A DNA stretch of 64,000 bases, taken from Luteolibacter sp. GTDB taxonomy: Bacteria > Verrucomicrobiota > Verrucomicrobiia > Verrucomicrobiales > Akkermansiaceae. The notes beneath the pieces are model-generated. The model was not told where the DNA came from. It saw only the letters and a list, made by a program, of their open reading frames with translations, and ran no database searches. The DNA lies in assembly GCA_051252155.1 (NCBI GenBank), contig JBPOGB010000002.1:297125-361124 (forward strand), read 5' to 3'. The translations under genes were made by a program, and so were the position numbers. Numbering within the stretch: the stretch's first letter is position 1; each line of letters starts with the position of its first letter. Positions 56,301 through 63,380 of the stretch are shown in pieces.

Positions 56301-56564
56301 ACTTTCGTGGGACTGTTACCCTTGCTGTTTGATCGATCCCTGCAGGCGCAATTCCTCATTCCGATGGCGACCTCGCTGGCATTCGGTATTCTGTTTGCGA
56401 CGGCGATTACGCTCTATTTGATCCCCTCTGCCTATGTGGTAGCTGAGGAAATCCGTGAACTACTAGGAAAGGCGTGGGTCTGGTGGCGTTACCCAGGTGG
56501 GCGTCCGGAAAAAGAAACACAGCCCGAGGAAAGCGTTCCAGGGGCTGCGGTGGAAGAGGTGTGA
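53358..56564 (+). CDS. RND efflux transporter permease (AcrB/HAE family)
   Basis: 1068 aa with a 12-TM, two-large-loop layout and typical motifs (MIRWFAKNDIAANFL..., GLVVDDAIV, VVNDSLVMVDF). Confidence 0.9.
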   Translation: MIRWFAKNDIAANFLLFGILAWGAWSAVEKVALEVQPAFEQQRIEIRVEYRGGSPADTEKAVVIPVEAALEGLSGVEMVESRAGDGGAKITVFSESKSGLKALLEEVKTRVERINSFPPETEPPEVRIPDSSRWFDVIKIAVRGDMGEEDLLRASRKVRDDLIAMQGISQAIVLGSSPLEISIEADPQRLRDFGLTFADLSSAIQRSSIDLPAGRIQTDEGALTIRSKGQAYTREDFESIVIKNRSGSEVTVGTVATVTDGFEEEKKIMHFNGKRCLLIEVLRLGDENALEIADKVKTYVASAPQRFPEGISLAVWDDSSEELEGRLGTLMTSMLQGGLLVLIVLGLFLRPMLAIWVIMGIPVAFAGGFIMMPYFGITANVMSIFGFIIVIGLVVDDAIVTAENVYYKLGTGMDPLDAATEGTAEVATPVTFGVITTIVAFVPLMFFDGFYGSFTRQIPPIVAAVLIFSLIETKFALPCHLKHVKVHRKSLNGLERVQKRIAGSLEKFVEKFYEPTLRIATNHRYITLSLFLAVGMASLGYFTSGRMGFVNMPSIDRNRIFAMVQMPRETKIEKTEVRTQFVADAVEELKKEFIDPGTGKSVITDVLTSSGGSAGRNNIDPDEGFVVIGITDPGKRSEPGPKNSEIAQRWTELVGEMPDVRNFYVSGDQGHGKGTDDELESLQVEIRGPDGEDKDELVREVEELIESYEGIAGAWSNSGGDSDELLITIRPEGEALGLTQRELSRQVRGAFFGEQAQRVRRERDDIRVMVRLPLEQRESLATLETLRIRTPSGGEAPFYTVATAIYGKARSRIERIDGAQVASVAAKPVDETVDVVAISRALAPEIDKLVNQHRDLSWRYRGYVADHEETKKRSLYGGLALFFVLYALLAIPFRSLYQPFFVMLAVPFGAIGALFGHILLGITPSYLSIFGILALAGVVVNDSLVMVDFINKKVRAGEDLRTAVIESGTRRFRPIFLTSLTTFVGLLPLLFDRSLQAQFLIPMATSLAFGILFATAITLYLIPSAYVVAEEIRELLGKAWVWWRYPGGRPEKETQPEESVPGAAVEEV

Positions 56565-56569
56565 ATTCC

Positions 56570-57007
56570 TTATGCCGCTTCGCCTTGTGCCTGGATCATG
56601 ACGCCAGCAAGTGTGGTGTATGTGATTGTCCAAGCTTCTTTGGCTTCAGGGGTGAATTCCTCGCCAAGGCCTTTTGCTAGGGTGTCGAGAAGTGCTGCGC
56701 CGACGGTATCGTAGTGCTCAGGCTTCACACCGTAGCCGTTGTGGCGTTTGCCAAGAGCGGCGACGGCGGGCACGAGTTCGCCAAGCGAATCGAGGCCCTT
56801 CACGGCGGCTCCGATCATCTGCATGAGCTTCTTGCCCTGCTCTTTCATGTCGGAGTTTGCGAAAAGCGGTTTCACGGAGGGATCGAGTTCGAAGAGCTTG
56901 CCGTAAAATAGGGTGGCTGCGGTGTCTGCGATAGGCACGACCTTTTCCCAGCTGCCTTGGACGAGTTCTTTTTGATGTGTGGTCAATGGACCGGATTCTG
57001 TGCTCAT
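56570..57007 (-). CDS. Single-domain globin (no signal peptide)
   Basis: 145 aa. LTTHQKELVQGSWEKV...LFYGKLFELDPSVKPLF...LGKRHNGYGVKPEHYDTVG fits the 3-on-3 bacterial globin pattern, with the proximal His in GKRH. Confidence 0.8.
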   Translation of the reverse strand: MSTESGPLTTHQKELVQGSWEKVVPIADTAATLFYGKLFELDPSVKPLFANSDMKEQGKKLMQMIGAAVKGLDSLGELVPAVAALGKRHNGYGVKPEHYDTVGAALLDTLAKGLGEEFTPEAKEAWTITYTTLAGVMIQAQGEAA

Positions 57008-57047
57008 GGTTTCGTAGTGTTGTTTTTTGTTGGTGAAATAGGGTGGG

Positions 57048-57455
57048 TTATTTGGGGGTTGCGATCATGTAGAGGACGGCGTTTGTGACCTCTATGTCGG
57101 TGAGCGAGGGTGTGCCACCGCGTGCGGGCATTTCCCCGTCTTCGCCGTTGAAGCCGTTGATGGCATGGGAGATGAGAGTGGGTTCTCCTTTCTGAATGCG
57201 TTCCTCCCACTCGTCCTTGCGGGTGAGTGCGGGGGACGCCTCCTCGCCTTCGTTGTGGCATAGCGAGCACTCCGCCATATAGATCTCGCGCCCGGCGAGG
57301 AGCGCAGGATCATCAGGGATCCAGTCCCAGGGTTCCGGGTGCTCTTCCTTTTCAGGAGTGGAAGGCGCCCCGGCATCCTGTCCGCCTTTTTGGCAGGATG
57401 CGGATATGAAAACGCAAATGCAGGCGGACAGGATGACAGGGAACCGTAATTTCAT
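57048..57455 (-). CDS. Mono-heme class I cytochrome c lipoprotein
   Basis: It has a lipobox (FISASC), the heme site CSLCHNEG and a distal EMPARGG Met segment. Confidence 0.8.
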   Translation of the reverse strand: MKLRFPVILSACICVFISASCQKGGQDAGAPSTPEKEEHPEPWDWIPDDPALLAGREIYMAECSLCHNEGEEASPALTRKDEWEERIQKGEPTLISHAINGFNGEDGEMPARGGTPSLTDIEVTNAVLYMIATPK

Positions 57456-57464
57456 GATCAGGTG

Positions 57465-58085
57465 TTAGTTGCCGGTTGGTATGCGGATGACGATGCCTCC
57501 CATGACGTCGCCTTTTTTGAACTCAGGAAAGGATTCCTGACGGTTTTCGTGCTCGTTGTGGCACACCCAGCAAGCGGGGGCGACGGCGCGATCCGGGTAG
57601 ATGCCGACGAAGTATTCGGTGCCGGCGATGGTCTCGGTGCTTGTCCACTTCTTGCCGTAAAATTCGCTGTCAGGATCGGAAACAGCGTCAAGGCCTTCCT
57701 CGACGGCGGGCGTCTTTTTCTTGGCATTCTCCATGTTGAGCGGCCACTTGGACTGAAGGGAGTAGGAGAACTCGAAGGGCTTCTCCGAGGCGTCCACTTC
57801 CTCCGCGCCTTCGCGGAACATTTGTGCAGGGAGAAGAAGGGCTTTTTCCTCCTGCCATTCTTCATGTGCCTTGATCACGCCTTCCTCATTGACGAGGCGG
57901 TTGACGACCTTGCTGGCGTAGACCTTGCGGTCGGACTTGAGGACGGTGTAGAGGGCTTCCGCCACCAGTTCCGCATCGTATCCGCCTGAGGTTGAGGCTT
58001 CGGCTTCTTTTTTCCCGCAGGAGCTGAGGCTCCCGAGGGCTATCGCTGCGGCCGGTAGGGCGGCCCATGTGTATTTCAGTTTCAT
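57465..58085 (-). CDS. DUF3365 (Tll0287-like) c-type heme lipoprotein
   Basis: It has a lipobox (LGSLSSC) and a C-terminal CWVCHNEHEN...GDVMGGIVIRIP typical of DUF3365 heme proteins. Confidence 0.7.
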   Translation of the reverse strand: MKLKYTWAALPAAAIALGSLSSCGKKEAEASTSGGYDAELVAEALYTVLKSDRKVYASKVVNRLVNEEGVIKAHEEWQEEKALLLPAQMFREGAEEVDASEKPFEFSYSLQSKWPLNMENAKKKTPAVEEGLDAVSDPDSEFYGKKWTSTETIAGTEYFVGIYPDRAVAPACWVCHNEHENRQESFPEFKKGDVMGGIVIRIPTGN

Positions 58086-58097
58086 TGTATTCTGTTT

Positions 58098-59537
58098 CTA
58101 TTTGGTTTCGTTCGCTGGTTCAGGGTTTTCAGTGGGAGAGGATTCTGCGGAGAGGCTTTCGAGGTAGGCCTTGAGCTCAATGATGCGTTCGTCGCCGCGT
58201 GAGATGGCGGCCTCTGCGGCCATGTCGATGCCGCCGTGGTGGGCAGAGGGATTGCCGGAGAAATTGGCACCGATGAGCTTGGTGTCGGCCATCGAGTCCA
58301 TGGCGAACTGCATGCCGTGGCATTCAATACAGACGTTCTGGAGCATCTTGTCGTTTGGTGTGAGGTTGGCGTTCTGGTTGTGGTTTGGGGCGAAATGCTT
58401 GCCGTCTTTCTCACGTGGCATGTGGCAAGTGGCACAGGATACGCCGGTACCGGGAGCACCTGTTCCGGCTAGCTCGGCCTGCCAGAGCTTCGCGTGCGGC
58501 GAGGTGGCGTAGTTTTTCGTGTGTTCGTCGTCGTGGCATTTCACGCAGGCCTGCTGTGCGGCGAATTGGCGATCGGTTGTGTGCGGGTCGTGGCAAGAGC
58601 TGCAGGAGAGCGCATCGTGGGCGGCTGATTCCTTCATCGGGCGGCGCGCCTCGGCAGGTGTCATTGGCGGCAGGTTGGGGAAGTTGAGGCGCATACCGTG
58701 TTTACCTTTGAGGAAACCTTCGACCTCGCCGTCGTGGCAGGAGGCACAGGAGGTGTGGTCGGGCTTTTCGATCCATTTCTCGCCTTCGCCATGGCAGTCC
58801 GTGCAGTTGATGCCGGCGGCGGCGTGGGCGCTTTCGTGCCATGAGGCGTTGATCTCCGGGGTCTTGGATTTTGCCGGGGCGTCGGCCTCTTCGGGTGCGA
58901 GGGGGGGGCGTGCGGTATTGCCATCGGCGATCCAGCGGGCGAGCGCGAAGGTGAGTGGGACGGTTTGTTCTTCGAGATTCGCTGGCTCCGCGTAGTGCTT
59001 GCGCAGGAAGCTCGGCGAGAGCATGCGGTTGTCGTGGTAGTTGTGGCAGCCGGTGGTGGCGCAAGAGTTGAAGGGAAGGGATTTGTGCGAATCGAGGTTC
59101 TCCAGAGTCATTTCATGACAATGGGCGCAGTAGTCAGGCGGGATGGTGACGCCCATGTCGCCGGTGATCTTCTCGTTGTGCTCGCGGTGGCAGGTGACGC
59201 ACTGCAAGGCATCGATGTGTTGGGTGAAGATGGCGTTTTCCGGGTTCTTGAATTTCCGGACGGGGTGTGAATCGCTGGCGGCTTCGAGGTCTTCGCTATG
59301 GCATTTGTTGCAGGATTTGTTCGAGACGCCGGAAGCGGTGAAGATGTTTTCTTGAGGCTCTTGGTCGTGGCAGGCTGAGCATTCCAGCTCGATCTGGTAG
59401 TGGCCGTGGGTGGTCTTGCCGGGGAGGAAGGCGGACTTGTCATCCGACTCTTTCAGGACATAGCCGTAGTATACCGCGATGGCTGCGGTAAGTAGCAGCC
59501 ATAGGGCGGGGGTGATGATTTTCCGGGGACGTATCAC
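58098..59537 (-). CDS. Membrane-anchored multiheme cytochrome c (10 CxxCH + 1 CxxxxCH)
   Basis: The start is reassigned to the GTG at 59537-59535, which shares one base with the upstream TAG (TAGTG). It has an N-terminal TM helix (ITPALWLLLTAAIAVYYGYVL). The heme motifs are CSACH, CNKCH, CVTCH, CAHCH, CATTGCH, CTDCH, CASCH, CSSCH, CVKCH, CATCH and CIECH. Confidence 0.8.
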   Translation of the reverse strand: MIRPRKIITPALWLLLTAAIAVYYGYVLKESDDKSAFLPGKTTHGHYQIELECSACHDQEPQENIFTASGVSNKSCNKCHSEDLEAASDSHPVRKFKNPENAIFTQHIDALQCVTCHREHNEKITGDMGVTIPPDYCAHCHEMTLENLDSHKSLPFNSCATTGCHNYHDNRMLSPSFLRKHYAEPANLEEQTVPLTFALARWIADGNTARPPLAPEEADAPAKSKTPEINASWHESAHAAAGINCTDCHGEGEKWIEKPDHTSCASCHDGEVEGFLKGKHGMRLNFPNLPPMTPAEARRPMKESAAHDALSCSSCHDPHTTDRQFAAQQACVKCHDDEHTKNYATSPHAKLWQAELAGTGAPGTGVSCATCHMPREKDGKHFAPNHNQNANLTPNDKMLQNVCIECHGMQFAMDSMADTKLIGANFSGNPSAHHGGIDMAAEAAISRGDERIIELKAYLESLSAESSPTENPEPANETK

Positions 59538-61549
59538 TAGTAGAGGTAAACGGAGAGAATGTGGAAAACGAGGAGCGCGGGTAGCGGCCAGAAGAGGACG
59601 AAATGCGCGTAGGTGAGCGCCGGGCGGATACGGCGTGCGCGCAGGGCGAGGTCTTCGCTGCCTTTGCTTTCGAGGGCGGAAATGATGCCGGCGAGGGCGC
59701 CGAGGAGGTTCAGGCCGACGAATGAGAACATGAGCCAGAAGTTCAGGTTGTCCCCGAAGCGGAAGCCGGTGTGGGCGAAAAGAACGATGAGGGCGATGAC
59801 GCCGAAGACCGCGTGGAAGACACGCCATTTCGCGAAGTGGCCGAAGCGGAACCACTTGAAGCGTTTGCGCAGGGAGAGAAGAAGTCCAACTAGGCAGAGG
59901 GCGAGCAGTGAGTAGCCGGTGATCTGCTTGATGAGATTGTCTCGCCAGATTTCATCGATTTTATACCACCATGATTCCACAGAAGAGGCCATCGCGGGCG
60001 GGGCGAGAAAAATGGTCAGCAGGACGGCGATGAGAGCGATGGCGGAGGCGCTAATGAGCGAGCGATAGGCGATGGGGCGTGAGGTTTCTGCTTCAGGGTT
60101 GCAGAGTTTTTCTATCAACGGGCGGCAGGATCCGCAGACGGTGGAGGCACCGCAGCCTTTGGCGACTAGATCAGGATCGGCTCCGCACTTCGTCATGCAC
60201 TCCATGATCTCGCCTTTGCGTACGGTGAGGCAGTTGCATACGATGCGATCGTCCGGCCAGGCGTCGATGGAAGGCTGTTCGACGACGAGCTGTCCGGTAT
60301 TAGCGAACTCCAAGAGCTGTTTTTTAGGGATGCGGATTTTGCCGAGGAAGAGGCTTTGGATTTCCCCGGCTTCCGGCCACTCGCCGACGCCGAGTGCGCC
60401 GACGAGCTTGTGTTTGTGGTTGTAGCAGATGAGCCGGTAGGAGCTGGCGCTGGAGAATTCGATGGTGGTTCCCTGCTGGAGCGGGGAACCGATGGATACA
60501 ACATCGGCACCAGCCATCTTGAGGCGGGTGGAGAGATCAGGTGGCGGGAGGGATTCCACGGTTTTCCCTGCGATTATTTCGGCCAGCAGGGCGGCCATGG
60601 CGTAGCCGGGCGCGGCGAGGCCGTAGATGCGGCCATGTAGCTGAGCGCACTCGCCGATGGCGAAGATCGAGGGATCCGAGGAGGTGAGGAAATCATCGAC
60701 GATGATGCCGCCGCGCATGCCGAGCTTGATACCGGACTCCTTGAGGAAAGCGGTGGCCGGGACGATGCCGGTGGCGACCATGATCATGTCTGCGGTCGCT
60801 GAGGTTTTGTCTTGGAAACCGACGGTGAGTTTGCCGTCTTCCTCTTGCTTCAAGGTCTTACTGGCCTTGAGGTAATTGATTTTGATGCCTTTTTCGCGAA
60901 CTGTCTGGTCAAGGCGTTGGGCAGCGGATTGGTTCAGTTGCTGAGGCATCAGGAAGGCGGAGCGTTCCATGATCCGAGCTTCCATGCCGAGATCGCGTGC
61001 CACCTGTGCTGCCTCAAGCCCCAGCAGCCCGCCGCCGATGATCAAGGCCGAGGATTTACCTTCGGCATCCGAGATGATGCCCTCCATATCCTTGATGGTG
61101 CGGTAAACATGAATTCCAGGAACTGGCTGATCGAAGGGTGCAGGGACGAAGGGACGTGATCCGGTGGCGATGACCAGATAGTCGTAACAAAAAACCTCGG
61201 TTCCGTTGGTGTGGACGGCTTTTAGTTCGCGGTCGATATTTGTGGCAGCAAGCCCGGTGTGGAGGGTGATTCCATTTTCAGTGAACCAGCTGCGAGCTTT
61301 GAGTTCGAGCTTCGCGGGATCGCGGTGGGAGGCTAGATCGGAGAGATGGATGCGGTCGTAGGCGGGTTGCGGTTCATCCCCGACGACATCGATGGAGCAA
61401 TGGTTTGTGAGTTTCAGCTGCGCGAGATGCTCGCAAAATTTCTGACCGACCATGCCGTTGCCGAGGACGACAATGCGTGTTCCCGCCTTTGGTCGGTCGA
61501 GCCGAAAGGTGCGTGCCTTGGGCTTTATGGTTCGTGCAATGATGCTCAT
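59537..61549 (-). CDS. NirB-N-terminal-like FAD/NAD(P)H oxidoreductase + BFD-type [2Fe-2S] domain fused to a 5-TM bis-histidine (ferric-reductase/cytochrome b-like) membrane domain
   Basis: It has two dinucleotide folds (VVLGNGMVGQKF, LIIGGGLLGLEAA) and FAIGECA. The BFD motif is CNCLTV...GCGASTVCGSCRPLIEKLC. Five C-terminal TM helices follow, with FHAVFGVIALIVLFAH and AHFVLFWPLPALLVFH (each His-x13-His). Confidence 0.8.
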   Translation of the reverse strand: MSIIARTIKPKARTFRLDRPKAGTRIVVLGNGMVGQKFCEHLAQLKLTNHCSIDVVGDEPQPAYDRIHLSDLASHRDPAKLELKARSWFTENGITLHTGLAATNIDRELKAVHTNGTEVFCYDYLVIATGSRPFVPAPFDQPVPGIHVYRTIKDMEGIISDAEGKSSALIIGGGLLGLEAAQVARDLGMEARIMERSAFLMPQQLNQSAAQRLDQTVREKGIKINYLKASKTLKQEEDGKLTVGFQDKTSATADMIMVATGIVPATAFLKESGIKLGMRGGIIVDDFLTSSDPSIFAIGECAQLHGRIYGLAAPGYAMAALLAEIIAGKTVESLPPPDLSTRLKMAGADVVSIGSPLQQGTTIEFSSASSYRLICYNHKHKLVGALGVGEWPEAGEIQSLFLGKIRIPKKQLLEFANTGQLVVEQPSIDAWPDDRIVCNCLTVRKGEIMECMTKCGADPDLVAKGCGASTVCGSCRPLIEKLCNPEAETSRPIAYRSLISASAIALIAVLLTIFLAPPAMASSVESWWYKIDEIWRDNLIKQITGYSLLALCLVGLLLSLRKRFKWFRFGHFAKWRVFHAVFGVIALIVLFAHTGFRFGDNLNFWLMFSFVGLNLLGALAGIISALESKGSEDLALRARRIRPALTYAHFVLFWPLPALLVFHILSVYLY

Positions 61550-61643
61550 CCGCTCTGATCCGTCTCAAAGGATCGGATTAGCAGCGGGTGTTCCTAGCGA
61601 AGGATGTGCCCGAAGGAGGGGCTGAAAGGCTTTCGCGCAGGTA

Positions 61644-61658
61644 ATGAGCTTAGCTCAT
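61644..61658. promoter_or_regulatory. Perfect 7-1-7 palindrome ATGAGCT-T-AGCTCAT about 95-110 nt upstream of the heme operon
   Basis: Read directly from the sequence in the 210-nt intergenic region upstream of the ATG at 61549 (minus strand). Confidence 0.25.
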
Positions 61659-61738
61659 CGATTTGGCCATTATGAGGGTATTTGCTGGATGAGGTTGTTC
61701 GTCGTGAGATCGATTCATCCTGTGAAAACTGTTTCGAA

Positions 61739-61757
61739 GGGGTGCGGAGTCCGCCCC
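61739..61757 (-). terminator. GC hairpin 3 nt after the HAD hydrolase stop
   Basis: On the mRNA strand the stem is GGGGCGG-act-CCGCACCCC, with one bulge. The U-tract is weak (TTCGAAACAGTTTTC). Confidence 0.3.
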
Positions 61758-61759
61758 GG

Positions 61760-62554
61760 CTAAGCGAAAAATTCCACAAGCGCTTCCACAACGCCGTGTC
61801 CGGCAGTCCGCTGCGTGACCATGCCGCCGCGTGATTCGACAAGGGTGCGGATGTCGGCGACAGCGTTGATGGGGCAAGCAGCGAAAGCGGAGTGATCTGC
61901 AGAGAGCATCTCGATGTCGTTGTGGCTGTCTCCTGCTGCGAAGGTGTGCTCGGTGCCGAGTTCGTAGAGGCGGGCAACTTCTGACAATGTACTGCCTTTC
62001 TGGTAGTTCTTATGGCCGAAGCGGAGGTAGATCGAGTTTCGCTGCCAACCGAGATTTGGCACTTCTGCAACGATCGGGGTGATGTGAGCGACGATCCATT
62101 CCATTTCCTCCTCGGTGCGCGAGATGAGTCCAGCGGGTTCGCCATCGATCTCAATGTATTGCGCCCCTGTGTGTTCTTCAATCTCGTGACGGATGACTTT
62201 GAGGGTCTTCTTCGCCTTTTTGAAAAGCTTGTGGATGTCCTTCTCGCAGCGCTTGTTCCAGTCATTGTGCGGGAGGTAACGGCCGAAGCTGTTGGGGAAA
62301 TGGATTTCCCGCTCACGGGCGACCACCCAATCTGGGATGAATGGGAAATTGCTCTCGATGAATCCCTCGACGAGCTGTGGCATCGAACGGCCCGTGTTGA
62401 TTCCCCAGACGGCGTTTCGAGTTTCGCGCAGGCGGCGGATAGTCTCGAAGAAAGATGTGGGGACGGGTGGGTTGTCTGCAGGGTCATGCAGCGTGCCATC
62501 GAAATCGAAGGAAAGGATCAGTTCAGGCTTCGGGCAGGCGTCCAGCGTTCTCAC
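61760..62554 (-). CDS. HAD-IIB (Cof/SPP-like) family phosphatase
   Basis: It has the DxD motif ILSFDFDGTL and downstream GINTGRS and GDSHNDIEML motifs. Confidence 0.8.
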   Translation of the reverse strand: MRTLDACPKPELILSFDFDGTLHDPADNPPVPTSFFETIRRLRETRNAVWGINTGRSMPQLVEGFIESNFPFIPDWVVAREREIHFPNSFGRYLPHNDWNKRCEKDIHKLFKKAKKTLKVIRHEIEEHTGAQYIEIDGEPAGLISRTEEEMEWIVAHITPIVAEVPNLGWQRNSIYLRFGHKNYQKGSTLSEVARLYELGTEHTFAAGDSHNDIEMLSADHSAFAACPINAVADIRTLVESRGGMVTQRTAGHGVVEALVEFFA

Positions 62555-62599
62555 GAGGGGAAGCTACAGGGAAACGGGCGGGGGGCAAGGGCGGGGGCA

Positions 62600-62697
62600 A
62601 GGAGAAGGGTCCGTCTCGGCCCTAGCGAAGAATCCGGATTTGCATCGGCTCTTCGAAAAGATCTATCCTCTGCTAGAGCCGGGACGGACTCTTCTCC
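62600..62697. repeat. REP doublet 1: 26-nt REP in inverted orientation (62600-62625 and 62672-62697)
   Basis: GGAGAAGGGTCCGTCTCGGCCCTAGC versus GCTAGAGCCGGGACGGACTCTTCTCC. By hand count 23 of 26 positions are complementary, and the spacer is 46 nt. Confidence 0.8.
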
Positions 62698-62699
62698 TT

Positions 62700-63317
62700 A
62701 TGTTCCTCGATCCTGAAAAGCCCATCGACAAACGAAAGGGAAATTTGCCGCACTGGCATCAGGACGATACGTGGGTTTTCGTTACTTGGAGGCTAGCGGA
62801 TTCGTTGCCTGAGGAAGTGGTCGCGAAGATTTCAAACGAAAGAGAAGAGTGGGAAAGGTCTCATCCGAAACCTTGGGACTCGGAAGACATGAAGGAATAC
62901 AACCGGCTTTTTACCCTTCGTTTCGAATCGTTACTCGACGATTGCCACGGCTCATGTTGTTTGCGTGATCCGATGGTGAGGAAGGTTGTCACCGGTTCGC
63001 TTCATCATTTTGATGGGGATCGATACGATCTCGATTGCTATGTGGCGATGCCGAATCACGTCCATGTGCTCTTCTCGATTCGCGAGGGTCATTCGCTTTC
63101 GGAAATCATGCATGGTTGGAAAAGTTTCACTGCGCATGAAATTCGGAAGATCATTGGAGGCGAGGGAGCGTTGTGGCAGCGCGAATATTGGGATCGGCTG
63201 ATGCGCTCGCAGAAGCATTTTGATTGGGTGAGGAGGTATATTGAGGAGAATTCTGTGAACCTTTCGGAGGGGAGTTTTGATTTTTACGATAAAGAGAAGG
63301 GTTCGTCCCGACCCTAG
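62700..63317 (+). CDS. REP-associated tyrosine transposase (RAYT, IS200-like Y1 transposase family)
   Basis: The ATG at 62700 gives a 205-aa protein. The HUH motif is PNHVHVLF and the Tyr segment is GALWQREYWDRLMRS. The stop codon TAG lies inside REP copy A2. Confidence 0.8.
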   Translation: MFLDPEKPIDKRKGNLPHWHQDDTWVFVTWRLADSLPEEVVAKISNEREEWERSHPKPWDSEDMKEYNRLFTLRFESLLDDCHGSCCLRDPMVRKVVTGSLHHFDGDRYDLDCYVAMPNHVHVLFSIREGHSLSEIMHGWKSFTAHEIRKIIGGEGALWQREYWDRLMRSQKHFDWVRRYIEENSVNLSEGSFDFYDKEKGSSRP

Positions 63318-63369
63318 CGAAGCAATGAGAAGGCTTGGGTTTTGCTAGGGCCGGGACGGACCCTTCTCC
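63293..63369. repeat. REP doublet 2: 63293-63318 and 63344-63369 in inverted orientation
   Basis: AGAGAAGGGTTCGTCCCGACCCTAGC and GCTAGGGCCGGGACGGACCCTTCTCC. The latter is the reverse complement of 62600-62625 with one mismatch. Confidence 0.8.
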
Positions 63370-63380
63370 AAATTCTCCAT

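Larger units (their letters stand above)
62600..63369 (+). mobile_element. RAYT-REP unit: IS200/IS605-like Y1 transposase gene bracketed by two REP doublets
   Basis: See the REP doublet and CDS entries. The same 26-nt sequence is present four times, in the order A, B, gene, A, B. Confidence 0.7.

Noticed and set aside
59538-59855. N-terminal 106 codons of the ORF-track version of the multiheme cytochrome (58098..59855)
   Set aside because: This part lies entirely inside the 3' end of the upstream flavoprotein gene in another frame and is Arg/Pro-rich nonsense. A GTG at 59537, followed by a TM helix, is the credible start.
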